64,000 nt of DNA from Girardia tigrina (GCA_001938485.1 MQRK01179601.1:74831-138830); one strand, 5' to 3'; numbered from the stretch's first letter, positions 13,941-27,804 are shown. Translations and numbers: made by a program. Notes: generated by a model not told the origin, from the sequence alone.

Positions 13941-14880
13941 AATAATAATAATAACTGACAACCAGAGATCAAAAAGTCAAATCGCTTGTCTCAAAGATAT
14001 ATTGCAATTAAAACTATTATAGGAGAATCTGATAATAATTTTTAGAATTTTTTTTTACTATAACATAACTGTTTTTGTTATGATAAAGTGTAAACATCGG
14101 TGAAAGATTGTCCATTTCAGTTACCTTGTATCATACGTGATACGAGTGTTCTTAGTGCTGTAGTATCGATGTTAGAATTATTTGACCCAAATGCTTACCG
14201 TGTATAATTTCTATAAAGCTTTGGGAATATTTTCATAGATGTTATGCATCATTACATCTTCACCATGAAACACAAAAGACATTTGTGTGGAGAGATGGTG
14301 GATACAATCGTCGGAGTAAATGTGTATTCTGTGTTTTTGTAGATTTTTTTACCAAAAAAGTGATTTTTTGTTTGAAATTTCGATCTTACTCAAAAGAAAT
14401 CGAACTGATCTTGAAACTATTTCACAGAAGACGATAAGAGATAAAGCGTTTTTATGTAAAAATTCGTTTCACTGCTTTCTACATTTCGTGACATAACAGT
14501 CTTTTGGTCACCATGTATCATAATATGATACATCCATTTTTTGTTGACGACTGGATACAAAAAAATTGCAAAACTATGTTATTGAAAAACCCCTTACAAA
14601 CTAAAAAATATATTTCATATAAATATTAACTTGGCTAATACCAAAAAAGAAACTCAGATTCTAAGCATCAAATATATGAGGCTCTCGATATCACTTTAGT
14701 TTTCTATCTGACCCTCCATAGAAAATGTCTTTCCATCCGTCATTTAGGATAACCTTTGATTAAATTAGTTATATTCATTATTTAATGAATTAAAATGTTA
14801 ATTTGTTTTTGTAATTATTTAAAACATAAAAATTACGTCAACCGATTTTAATGAAAATCTAATAAATTTTCCATGGTTTA
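13941..14880 (-). mobile_element. 3' end of a LINE with (TTA)n tail, copy 1
   Basis: Aligns with 40421-41440. That copy's minus strand encodes KCLLC...EDVMMHILFENIC (CCHC, frameshifted). Both copies end in (TTA)n. Confidence 0.6.
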
Positions 14881-16077
14881 AAATAAATTTAAAACTGTAT
14901 ATTTAACATAAAATTCAAAAATACTTTTAAATCTCCAGTATTTTCTTTAGTATCTTCTGATGAATTCTTTGAACATCTTCTTTCTGAGGGCATTCACGCA
15001 ATTGTCTTTTGAATATAAATGATGCAAACACCGGATTCCAGAAAACGTTTATATAATTATTCTCTTTGTAACGAACTAACCGATTTCATATATTTCTTGA
15101 ATATAACCAGCACATCAGGGAAATAATTATTCAAATAATTAAAAAAATAGTTGCATTTTCTTTTTTAACATAAAGACGCCATTTGAAGAAAAAGTTTTTA
15201 TTATTTGAGACAATTAATTTCGACAGTATAATCATGATCCTCTGTTTATAAACAAATTAGAAATTTTATTATTTTATCTTTTCTAGTTTTAATAATATAA
15301 AGAAAAAAGATTTTTACAAGATCGAGATTCACAGAAAGTAAACTAATATAGGGTTGTTTACAACTAACAGTTTATGTGAATCTCGATACAGATATAATGT
15401 GATTAAATGATTAATTTATCGATCCAGTCATCATTGGCATATTTTACAAAAATTTATGATTGTAATAATCAATTAACCAAATTATTGAATAACAAGAGAA
15501 ATCAATATTTGAGAAATTGGCCAAAGAAACAATTTATAAATTAAGCAATAAACCAAATTAAAATGAGATAAAAATGATATTAAAATAATATAAAAGAACC
15601 ACCAATCTTTTAAATATGTTTTGAATATTCCTTTTTCTCAATTGAAACGTCTAATTTCGAAAAATATAAAGATGCTTTTAATTTAAAATTTAATATCGCA
15701 ACCATATCATATCGAACATTTATTTTGTAATAAATCTTTAACCTCATTTAGATTGTGTTCGGATCTCGTATATCAATTTACATTTAATGTAACATCTCGT
15801 AGTCTCTGTAGGATAATCTAGGAACACAATCGTAATGTGGGTGAAAGTAACGTTGCAAAACACAGAAAAATTTCCAAATTGAATGAAGATCATATAAATA
15901 ATATAAAAATTTTAAAATTCTGTGTGTTTAGTTTACATCACATCTTTAGATCCTCGGCAACCATATTAAGTGTGTTTAGATGACACAATTATTCTTCGAT
16001 TACACAATAACTCTTTGCCTATATAAGCAGATTGAAAAGTCATAATTGCTTTATAACATGATAATGATGGTTACACC

Positions 16078-16883
16078 GGGATCCGGAAGAAAACATCACG
16101 CGAAAAATATCGCGCGTAAAATTTATTATATTAATTTTTTGACGAAGTTTTGGTAATATCCAATTTTAGTATTTTTTTCTGAAATTGTGATAAAAAACAT
16201 CGCAGGAAAAACATTGAGTAAAACATTCGAATAAATTTTTTTCAGATTTTACAAAACAATTTAACATATTTTTAGTTTATTTTTGTTGTTTAAATAACGT
16301 ATGTAAAAAACATTTTAAAAATATTCAATAAAAAAATCTGAAGAAACTATAAAAAAATGAAAAAAAACTAAAAGATTCAAAATTAGAAAAATATAAAAAT
16401 GATAATATTAATCTGTATTAAATAATTAAAATTACTAAAAAAATTTCAAAGTGTTTCAAAGAATAATATGATAAATTATTAAAATTATTTTCTCATATTT
16501 AACTATATTTTATTGAAATATTTTATTTTTTAAAATTAATCATTTATCATTAAAATTAAAATATTATTTATTATAAATTATTATAATTAAATTGATAAAA
16601 ATGATTTTTTGATTGGTTAAAAATAATAAATTTAGATTTATAAATTACTAATTATTTTGGATAGGGTTACGGTTAGGTTAGGTGAAAAGGCAATGTACAA
16701 AAATTTTTAATTATTTTTACAATTTCCGTGACAAAATTTCAAAGGGTTTTTCCAGCGCTGTTTTTTATCTCAATTTCAGTAAAAAATACTTTTATAAAAT
16801 ATTATCACAATTTCATCAAGAAAATATTATAATTAAATATTATCACATTAGTTTATTTTCCCGCGATGTTTTTTCCCTAAACC
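16078..16883. mobile_element. Non-autonomous MULE-like element
   Basis: 9-bp TSD GGTTACACC (16069-16077, 16884-16892); imperfect GG-initial TIRs (gg....ggaa.aaaacatc.cg.gaaaa). Confidence 0.8.
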
Positions 16884-18369
16884 GGTTACACCATCGAAAT
16901 TAATTGTCTTTAATAACACAAAAATTTTCTTCAAATGACATCTTTATGTTCAAAAATAAAATGCAACTATTTTTATTTTAATTTCTATATTTAGTTTGTA
17001 TTAATACTTAAAATAAACCTTATTCAACCTTAACGTAAGTAATCTAAACAATAAAAATAATTAATTAATATACAAATTAAATTTATAAAATACTAGTAAT
17101 TATATACATTAAAAATAGTAAAAAAAACATCAAACTAAGATAATTAAATGAATGTAAAATTTTCTTTACAGAAACATTTTAAAGAAAAAAAAGAGAATTG
17201 AAACAGTTTTATATTTGTGTGAATTGATAGAACTGAAATATATACAATAGAACGTCTACCCATAAATTAAATCAACTCATTTATGAAGATCGTGGATATA
17301 TTTATTAAATTTTATTCAATTGCCCTAAATGATTGCTCTGCACGACAGCAAAGTACTTGAGTAAAGAGATCTCGTTTTTCGTACAGCAATTAAAGATTCC
17401 ATTGTTCTCCTATAATTTTTCAGTTGAAAAGAAAAAAAATATTTCTTTCAGTGAATATTTTTTAACATTTTTATATTAAATTGCAATTCTTTAATTTTGA
17501 AGTTTGAAAATCATCTTGAAGTAAAGAAAAATCTTAAGAAATTCTCAATAATTTATTTTATATTTTACAAAAATTATTATTTTATTTTATTTTACAAAAA
17601 AAATTGATTGGCTGAATAATCGAAATTAAATAAAAATTTCACTTGAAAATTGCAAAAAAAAATATAATTAAATTTTAATTTCAAATTATTTTATTATTTC
17701 TAAATATTTTGATTGGTTTCAGTTAATTTATCAAGTTATGATCAAAAATTTTTAACATCCTAAAAGTTTTGATTTTTAAATATTTTTAAAGTATTAGAAT
17801 TTTTTTCAAAAACATATTTTTTAGATAAAGTTCAAAATTTAGAGACATTAATTCAGCTTTAGTGACCAGGAAAATGTCAAAAGATCAGGGGTTTTAATTG
17901 AAGAACCAAACGAAAATTAAAGTGACATTACAAGGCTTATATAAAATTTACTTTCAAAAATATAAAATTTTTAAAAAATAATTTTTTAATTTATATTGAG
18001 AAACTGTATACATTTTAATATTTTTTCAGATCTTGAGAGAGTTATTTTAATATTATTGATGATTAATTTAATTATTCTTTCGTCACCAAGAAAGGCGTTT
18101 TGCCAGCAGTTAAATTTGTCTAATGAAAATTGTTAAAACGTAAGTAATGACCCTAAAATAAAAGTGAAGAAAAAACGTTGTTTTGTAATTAGATAAAAAA
18201 GTCACAATATTTCAAAAGCAGAGATATTTTCTAAAATATAAAACTGTAAAGGTTAAGAGCATTGAGAAAATTATTATTAGAATATTTATTATTATCACAT
18301 TTAGAGTCATTACAATTCTCGGAAGATCGTTCACGATTTTATATCATTCGAATTGATTTTTTCAGAATT

Positions 18370-19461
18370 GATTCCTAGTCCAGTGACCCCAGTATAATGA
18401 ACGGCTACTTTATGAATACTGCAAAGGTATATGATGTGGAATAGGAATGGTCATCTGGAAAAATTGCTCCACTGAATCATGCCAGATGGTTAAGTCTTGC
18501 AATAAGAATACTTTGTCTGTACACAAGAGATTACAAGCCTGCACACAATCTTAAGAAACTTGTGCACTACATTGTTCGTGTTTTTGCTCCAGCTTGGTTT
18601 GAGATTAAAGTGTCATCAAAGCTGCATGAGTCACTACCACTGTTTTTGTTGTCATTACGTGGCTGAATCTTCTACCATATGATGATGTCAAAGGCATTAT
18701 CGAGCACAACATCCAGGGAAATGCATATTGTCTTCTACCAGAAAACTTTCTTTACGCAATGGTGAAGAGCGATGATGTTGGTGTTATGAATATTGCTCCT
18801 AATGTTATTCTTACTAACAGGAAAATTGGACACCAACAGTCGCAAAACAAGATTCCACCAGTGAACTAGAATGCTCTTAAGTAAAATGATCTCATTGATG
18901 TTACTATACTTCATGTCGGTGAGCCACCTGCTACAAAGCACCTTACTGATGATAAAATTCAGTCAAGGATTAGTACCGCTTCAAAGCAGATATGGCTAAC
19001 TTGCCTAGCCATTCACAGACTGTGGAACGCAGTGTAAAACTGGTCTCTGATGATGCTCCCACTGTCTTTAGATATGATAACCGACATAGATCAATACTCA
19101 CCAAACTGATAAGCAGACGACATCGTCCAATGTTTATTTCTAAAGGACATTAATCGCAAATACATTTATACACCAAGTGACTGTAATTTTGTTGTGCGTG
19201 TAGTTTCTTTGCTTGTTTTCTGACCTCTGCCCTTTAATTTTGACTGTGTTGGCATTAAAATACGTTTTAACATTGGTTTAGGCGTTTTAATGAATTGCAT
19301 TAAACCTATGTTTAATATATAATCTTCAACTGCAAATTAACAAGTCGTCCTTAATCCAATTAGGCTGAAATTTTGCATGATTTCTTATCTAATCAAAGTG
19401 CAACTACTCACATTTTACTCGATTTGCAATACCAAAAATTTTGAAAAATCGAGCTATCCTA
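18370..19461 (+). mobile_element. hAT (hATm-like) transposase remnant with right end
   Basis: PLNHARWLSLAIRILCLY, APAWFEIK, GNAYCLLPEN, HSQTVERSVKLVS; terminus ...gctatccta. Confidence 0.6.
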
Positions 19462-19479
19462 TTGTATATGAGCGTGTAC

Positions 19480-20330
19480 TAGAAAAAAACACCTCATTTG
19501 TGATGGGTGACTTGAATATATAATCTTTGAAAATTTATCTTTTAATATTTAAATCGAAATTATTATAATTTATTATTTTCTGTTTCGAATTCTGTGTTGA
19601 TTTAACATTTGACTTGATTGTAAATGTTTTTTAATCCGGGTTTTGAGATGTCGATTTGCCTTTCCAAAATAAAACAGTTTCAAATCTTCAAATCTTCGAT
19701 AGTTTAAAAACATTTGGTTATTATTATTCAATAATATCTTAAAAAATAAAATAAATCACAAAATCATTCCCTAAAATAACATTTTATCAAACTAACTTTA
19801 AAGTTAAATATATTAAATTATAATTGCTGATGATGGAATATGAAATTCCGAAGTATGTTCAATAATCAATTTCTTAAAGAAAGTTTTAACAAAATAATTT
19901 GTGAGTTTATATATATTTTTTGAAATCTTATAGATTATTGGACACAAATGTGTGAAAACTTACTTTTATTATTATAAAATGTGTGAAAATGTTTTTTTGA
20001 TTGGTAAGCAATATAATTATACCTATTTTCCATAGTAAAATACTGAATTCTGGACGACGATTATTGTAATACAAAACTTTAATTATTTGCATAATCCTTT
20101 TTCTTTAAAAGATTGATTTAGAGAGTCTTGGGAGCTTCATAAACCTATTCATAAACCTTACGATAATTTGATAAATATATTAAAAGATGTTTCTTTATAA
20201 ATATTTATATATGCTATTTATTCTGACGATAATATCGTTTAAAAACAATTACATTGATCTGAAAGCAGATACAACCTTTAAAAAATAAAGGAAACTCATC
20301 TTTAATACTGATAAAAATCATTTCGATAAA
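19480..20330. mobile_element. Penelope-like element remnant (inverted arrangement)
   Basis: Minus strand 19618-19671 encodes YFGKANRHLKTRIKKHL (GIY-YIG second motif). Plus-strand hammerhead at 19823 and an LKAD remnant near 20260. Confidence 0.6.
19823..19863 (+). ncRNA. Degenerate minimal hammerhead ribozyme
   Basis: attg-CTGATGA-t-ggaat/atgaa/attcc-GAAG-tatg-TT-caat. Stems I and II are intact; the core has GAAA>GAAG. Confidence 0.55.
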
Positions 20331-21739
20331 AATAAATTTATTAATACTAAATGTTAAGAGTAGGGATTTTTCGGGAAGCAGACCACATGAGTTTATTGAA
20401 TATAAAATTAGACCCTGAAGCTACTAAAATGTATCTATCAAATAATAGACAATATAATATAATGAACATCAAAAAGTCTATTAATCTCTCGGGAAAGCAT
20501 ATAATTTATGATTGTTCTATAAATAAAACAGAACGGGGCGTAATTCATGAATAAAATGTTTTATATAATATTTGAGTAGAGAACAAAATATATAATCTAA
20601 AGTTTTAAAATCAAACTAAAATAAAGAAAGATAAACATAAATAAATAATATGATGTCAAAATAAAATGTACAATAATTGAACATTTTGTAACCCTTTGTA
20701 AATTTTTATTACAAAAACATAGCGTTTGTGAATTTGATAATTATTCCTTTTTTATTTTACAAGGAAACAGAAAAAAACAATAAATAATTTCAAAAATCGA
20801 TTATTTACAGTAAATTTCGACGAAAATATTTGATCAATCGTGTAAGGTTGATCAATTTCCGTTGAACATTTCTTGTTTCAAGTCAAAAATTAAAGGGAAT
20901 TTTGTTCATCTTCAATCGGATTTTTTGGGAATTTATTTTAATTTGAAATTAGATATATATCGTTTCATTTTGGTAAAAAGTAAAAAAAAAGTTAATTATC
21001 TTTCAAATTAGAATTTCTCTTCAATTATAACTGTCTGACTACACAAAATAATTGAATATTTTACATTTTAATTATATAATTAAATATCCTTTAATTTAAA
21101 TTTTCCAAGTATATTTGGACTTTAGTGACAAATTTTCTTAGTAAAAAATATGTGAACAGTGCGTGACATAGAAACACACGGTCAGACCTAATAAATGAAC
21201 GCTAAAAATTACTAATATATTGAATTAATGGAAGATTTGTGCCAATTTTTAATAAAAAAATCAGAAACAAAAATTTAATGTATAGACATGTATTAAATCA
21301 ATAATATACATTATTTTTTCCACAATCTATTGCCATATTTTTTTCAAAAATTCCATCTATCCAAAATGTTTCAGGTGTATAGACCTAATCTGTTTAAGAT
21401 AGAATTTCAGGAAATCATAAAACTCAAAGTTCTTGCCGTTAAGAAAAATTTCCATCGACCTTACTATGCAATAGTTGAAAGGTGCAATGTAGAGGGAATA
21501 TGGTGAGTTAGGTAGAAAATCTTAAAATATGTCCAACAGCGTTTTCCTCTTAACTATAGAGACATGTAGTCTAGCATTGCCTTGATTCCTGTTTGTTTTA
21601 TTTGCTTGGTAATGGCTCACAGTTCATCCAATATATTAAGGCTAAGAAAATTAGATGGGTCATGCAGTCTGTTATTAATCATGATTATTTACTATTTCAT
21701 TGGTTTTAATCGGTTGTTTTTCGATTCAGAACGAAAAGC

Positions 21740-22760
21740 TATCGCGGCATGTGTATTATCAAATTTACAGACGCAGTTTGCACGTTTGATGGAAATGGAG
21801 ATTTCGGTACGTGCGGTCGGAAATTTGAAGTATCAGCCTCAATATGTGGAGTTGACAAATTAGGAGCGATCCCGCTTCTATTGGAGGGCCGCGCGTTCGA
21901 GCTATACGCATGTTTGCCATCATAAGTACAGAAAACGTATGATGCAATCAAGGCGGCATTATCAGTCGCATTAGGATCGGACCCAAGATCTGCTTATGAC
22001 GAATTCCAAAATCGAAATCTTCGACAAGGCGTGTCAATTGATGAGTTTGTGGCGTTTCTTCGAAGGCTTGCGGGATTCATATGCCAAGGAGAAGATCTTC
22101 AAGAAAATTTTATTAAACAAGTTTTTAGCAGAGCTCCCGACGGATACAGGCCACTATATCGCATCGGAGGCGGCTAAATCTCAAGCCACGTTGCTGGAAT
22201 TAATTTCAGATTCCCACTCTTGGCTCCGTGTCAATCAGACAGATTTATCTGCAGGTGAAATCACATTTTTAACCGAAAGGAATGGAGCGTCAGACCAGTC
22301 AGCAACTGCAGCAATCAATGCAACAAAACCTGCAGGAACAAATCAATGCTTCAGATGTGTCAAATCGGGTCACATGAGACGGGAATGTCGGATGAAACTG
22401 TCGTCACAAAGCACCGCAAATAGTCGGAACAACTGTTGTTTTGTATGTGGTAGCAATGAGCATCGGTGCGCAACTTGCCCTCAACGGTACCGATATTTGG
22501 GAAACGAGTAGCAACCTCCAATTATTGCGTAGGTGGAATGGCTGCTAGGAGTAGAGCGCAACTACCAATACTGGAAGTATGAGTTGAAGGAAAGGAGGTG
22601 AGAGCACTGGTAGACACAGGTTACTCAACAACTATGAATAAAAAACGATTAATAAATACAGTCAACGTGAGTATAATTTCACAGAAAATCAAAACAGTGG
22701 ACAGGCCGAGAAAAAAAACAAAAAGGAACGTGGGCAGCAAATACAGTGTTGAACGCGTCT
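21740..22760 (+). mobile_element. Ty3/gypsy gag-protease remnant
   Basis: Two CCHC knuckles (CFRCVKSGHMRREC, CFVCGSNEHRCATC); RALVDTG protease motif in the -1 frame. Confidence 0.85.
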
Positions 22761-22781
22761 GGCAAACGGACCTCAGCGGAA

Positions 22782-23760
22782 TAGGGGTAGGCTATTTTTT
22801 TAATTAACTCTTTTTAACCTAAATTAATTATTTTTTATTGAATTATTTTAATTATTTATTTAATCTTCTTTTTAATGAATTATACATATCAATATATATG
22901 CAAGTAAATAAGGAAACAAAAAGAGCAGTGATTGTCATTCAGTAAAAAATGTCGAATTGAATTGTCTTTTTTAGCAGCAGAGAATGGGACTTGAATACAA
23001 AATAATAAATAATACAAAAAATACAATAATAATACAAAAAAAATAATAAAATCAAATTTAAATTTCTGAAACGTGAATGCGGATTATGTTTTGACAGAAG
23101 TGGTTTAAATTTTGACTTAGTAATGGTGCATGTGATATACTTGTTCGTAATCTGTTGCATCTAACTTGCGGACATAACATCTTGGTATAGTTGCAGCTGA
23201 CACATTAAATAAAGTCATGAGCGTTACTCTAGCTCTAGAAATTACAATATTTAAGAAATTTAAAGAAGACTGGAAGAAGATAGATAAAGCTCACTTTGAA
23301 GGTTATGCTAGCGAATGTGAAGTTTTCGAGGCCTTACATTACTCGGGGGTAATGAGGTTCAAGAGCTTCAAATGGCTTTATTACAACAACAATGACCAGA
23401 TAACTACTATGAGCTGAATGAGATAACTTTGATCTTTCTAGGTACTTATGCAAGTCGCGCAAATTTACCCGATCCGTTTAATAAAGCTTGCTGGATTATT
23501 AAAGTGATTTCTGTCTTCAATTTGTGAATGTTTCCTTCTCAAATTAAACTTTAGCATCGTCAATTAAAAAGTCTTTGTACTCTATGCATCCTATATTCTA
23601 CAATATATGTCCTTTCATGGATAAGAGCTCCTCTGGTAGTGCAACACACTGAAACAACTTTAATCAACTGAAATCTCTAGTTGATATATATGAAATAAGA
23701 GAGTTTACCAACAAATTTCCTGCTAAACGTCAATGAAACTAACGGGTTTACTTTGGTACC
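22782..23760 (+). mobile_element. hAT (hATm-like) transposase remnant
   Basis: TAGGG-initial end; LTCGHNILGIV, IFKKFKEDWKKID, DNYYELNEITLIFLG. Confidence 0.5.
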
Positions 23761-23803
23761 TTCTATTTTATACACACACTGTATGTCGTAGCATGATAGG
23801 GAT

Positions 23804-24238
23804 TATTAAGAACAACAATGTGATTTTTAATATTTTTATTAATATTACAAGTTTGATTATCCTCAGGACAATCTTTGTACTTTCATACGATTACATCCGT
23901 CTAATAAATTAATGAATTTCATCTTATTATCTGAGTTAATGGAGATTTAAATAAACTGTTAAAATAATTTTTCAAAATTTTATGGGTTAAAAATTAAAAT
24001 AATTATTAATTGTTAAAAAATAATTACTTCAATTTATTTATTTAAAAATTGTAAATAAAATTACTCATCTCATTTAAAATTTTACAATTTTTTAAAATTA
24101 GAAATAAATTTAAACATTATATATTTTTAGATAATAAGAATTAAATGATAATGAGCTATTTGCGTAGGAGAGTTACAATTTCAAATCAGCAATCAACATT
24201 CAAACACAAAACATCTAACATTCGAAATATTCCTCACT
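23804..24238 (-). mobile_element. Solo LTR
   Basis: Reverse copy of 26495-26925; flanks GGGAT/GAGAT (5-bp TSD, 1 mismatch). Confidence 0.75.
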
Positions 24239-24382
24239 GAGATGATTACAAGTTAGATTGTAATATTGTTAAGACTCTGTTCAGAATATAAATTTAAGCA
24301 TTTTATCTATTTATACTTCTAATATCCTAAAAAAAATGAAATTGAAAAATATCATAAAAAATTTAGTCAAAAAGATTATCAC

Positions 24383-25392
24383 TAGGGCCCTTGTTTTTCT
24401 GCAGTAAAATCTCACGATTTCTGCGCTATTTTTTTCTTTATTTCCGCGGTTATAGACAGTATTTTATCATAAATTCATAATTCATACCTCACATCAAATG
24501 CACCATGGCGTCCTCTAAACTTACTACATTCCCTGCCATCAATACATGAGTCCTTTTCCATTAAAATAATAAAGCTGTAGTAAAAGAGGGGCTAAGCGAT
24601 TCTAAAACCAATCAAGTAATTACAGTATGCTATAATAATAAAAACTATTAATAAATAAGAAATAAACGATTTTAATTTTCAGAATTTTTTTGAATACTAT
24701 ATAATTGTTGAGACCGTTTTTTAATCTTTTAAAACAACACACTTTTAAAATACATGTAACTTTTTTAATTGTCACAATACAAATAATTTGCTAAAGATCA
24801 AAGATCCGAATGGCTATTATAATGGCTATTATGGCAACGTATTCGGACAGCTTATTAGCAGCCTTACTCATTCTTGTTCTACAGGTGTCTGTGGGATACT
24901 GAGCATCATGTGCTATTATTCAGGAAAAAAGGTCACAGATCGTGTTAAGAACGTTTTTAACCTTTAAAGACTTTCCCTCAAATGATGTCAGAGTGTGCGT
25001 CGATTCAGGAGAAAAGGCAACTTTAGGTGAAGTTCTGGCAAAGTTTTTCCATGCAGCATTTCCTGCAAATGTCAAAACGGCACAGTGCACTACTGCTGCT
25101 TTTTCTGCTCCTAGAAGGTTGCATATAGAGACAAATGTGAGGTACGGTATTCAGCCACTAAAAACCATGATTTCCATTGAAAAAAGACGGGCACCGTAAT
25201 AATAATATTAATAATAATAGTAATAATCATTGATAACAGAGTGGGTGGCGCAGTGGTGTGACTGCGGCGGATTGGTGACGATGGCGACTCTATTGGCAGA
25301 GGGGAAGAACAAAATAATATCTCACCCGTAAAGAAAGGAAATAAAATAGAGTCAAGTTTTTGATTTTTAAGGTCATTAAATTCCGTGCCCTA
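24383..25392. mobile_element. Probable non-autonomous hAT element
   Basis: TAGGGC...GCCCTA ends; degenerate 8-bp flanks attatcac/gttattat (differences are transitions only). Confidence 0.45.
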
Positions 25393-26018
25393 GTTATTAT
25401 AATAAATTTATTCATAAAATAATTTCTATATACATGATTTTTATTTTTTTTAAAAAAACTTAAAATAAGTTTCTTTCTAAAAAGTATATGTCTTACAAAA
25501 AGATCCATCAATTAATGACGGATTGCCAGAAATATATTTACCAAATTCGTTCAACAGTAAATAAAAAAGAAATTCGTATTTCTAAGTCATCAAAATTTAC
25601 AGATTAAGTTAGAAATATTTTTATAATTACCGGAAAACATTCAATTTCAAGTAATGACTTTATTTATAATATGTTTTGGCATATAAAAGGTACATAATTT
25701 AGGAAAGCAAATTTTAAAAAAATCTCAAATAAAAGAAAAAATACTTAATTTACAATTAATAGAAACAATATTTTACTTTTAATGTACACTTATTTTCAGG
25801 ATAGATCAGTTTCCTAAAATTACCTGTAAAATATATGTTATATGTTTGGAAAATGAGAAGATTAGTTCTGGGGTTTAAGAAATAAAAAATATTTAACAAT
25901 CTGTTGCGAATATAAGATTTTGGCGTTCTATTTATTTTACATCAAAAATATTGCACACAAACAAAAATAAATAAAAAGCGTACAAATTTCATTTTAAAAT
26001 TAAAAAAAAATTTCAAAT

Positions 26019-27620
26019 TCAAAAAATTTTTAATTTTGGTTTTACATAAAAATTTAAGCCTCCCTCGACTGTGACGAATAACTGTGTGTTACAATTAATA
26101 CTAAACATTGCCGCGCTAGTTGGTGATTCATGGACTCTGATTCGGGTACGAACCATTTGACTAATACAAAGTTTTCTGATCCTCTCACACTGTTTTACAT
26201 GAATAGTGCGAACTTTCAATGCACTGGTACATTTAGGCTTTTCTCTGAGAAATGAACAGTCGTGTTCCTTCATTCTGAGATTCTGACGACTTTTAGCTGC
26301 ATAAACGAACTTATTGCAACTGAGAAATGGGCATTGAAAAACTACCCTTTACGTTTTATCCTCCATCCGAAAACTCAGTACAACACTAGGTTCAACACTC
26401 TTGGACAGTCTTCATCAATTACACAGATAGCATAGCATGTTCTGCATTAGAGTTCAAAGATCCAGGACATCTCTCTGTTTCTGCTCTTTGTACTTGTGAG
26501 AAATGTTTGATATTTTGTGTTTGAATGTTGTATGTTGATTTGGAATTGTGTTTCTCCTACCAAGATGGCTGATTAATATTTGAATTCTTAGTATCTGAAA
26601 ATATGCAATGTTTAAATTTATTTCAAATTTAAAATAATTGTAAAATTTTAAATAGGTTAATTAATTTTATTTAAAATTTTTAATTAAATAAATTGAATTA
26701 ATATTTTTAAAATAATTAATAATCATTTAAATTTTAATACATAAAATTTTGAATAAATATTTTTACAATTTATGTAAATCTCCATTTGCTGAGGTAATAA
26801 AATTACATTCATTAATTAATTAGTTAGAATGCAATCGTACGAAAGCTTTGACAAAGATTCTCTTGAGGACAATCAAACTTATTATGTTAATAAAAATATT
26901 AAAAGTCAAATTAGTGTTCTTAATAGTACTAATTGGATGTTCGTAATATCTTGGATTCGATGATAAACTAAGAAATGCTTTTGTAGACACGGATCAGTTT
27001 AGTAACTTTTACAGTGGTACTCCATGTGCAATATGAATGAACCTCCACCTCTCTGTGGTGCTAGATGTACATTCTTAATGTGTCTTAAGAGTTCCTTCTC
27101 CTCAGCACATTCATTAAAGCAAGAAGGGAATGGGCAAGCTAAGCATTTTCGGATATTTTTTTCAGGTGCTCGACTATCTCTTTCAATTAATTTGATGTGG
27201 TTCATTTGATCAGGTGTTTAAATTCCTCATTGTTGTCTAGAAGCTTTCATTCGTTTAAACTTTCCGTGTATTCTGTCCAATCTGCCGGATCATTGAGTAC
27301 CTAGATTGAATCGTAAGCAGTGCGCTCTCTCATCAGTTGCTTTTTACGGCCGCTGATTCTGTGATTTTCTGAGGTTATCTTAGGGCTTAGAATTTTTTGA
27401 AAATCAGACACAAAATTCTGTCTTTTGACCAGAATCCCTCTTGCCCCAGTTAGTCCAATTGTCCTGCCCTTATTTGGGATTCGGTAGATTTTAGTCTTCC
27501 TGAGAGCCGTCCTCGGCAGCAATGAGGGAAAGCTTGTAATCATGTAATGACCTTCATATAACAACATTTTTATTAACTCCATCTTTATAATGTGTATTAC
27601 ATCATAAACACCTAACAAAA
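26019..27620 (-). mobile_element. C2H2 zinc-finger remnant, probably the 5' part of an R2/NeSL-type non-LTR element, split by a solo LTR
   Basis: CPFPSC...LLRHIKNVH and FQCPFLSC motifs. Homologous to 53590-53870, which lies close to an RLE fragment. Confidence 0.5.
26495..26925 (+). mobile_element. Solo LTR
   Basis: TGTGAG...GTGTTCTTAATA with perfect 5-bp TSD GTACT; AATAAA about 35 bp before the end. Confidence 0.85.
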
Positions 27621-27804
27621 TTATTACATATTAACAATAAAATCATATATAGTTTATATACATATATATTTGATTTATTCGGAGATACAAATATAATTTA
27701 AAAAAATTATTTAAAAGACATATATATTATTTATTGTGTCCTTTGAAATATAGGAATTCAAAATTTTAATTAGTCAACTTGAATTTAAATCTTAAGTGGA
27801 ATTA

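Noticed and set aside
16662-16682. Telomere-like TTAGG(G) motifs (also 62151-62170)
   Set aside because: Only 3-4 degenerate units, within or next to transposon remnants.
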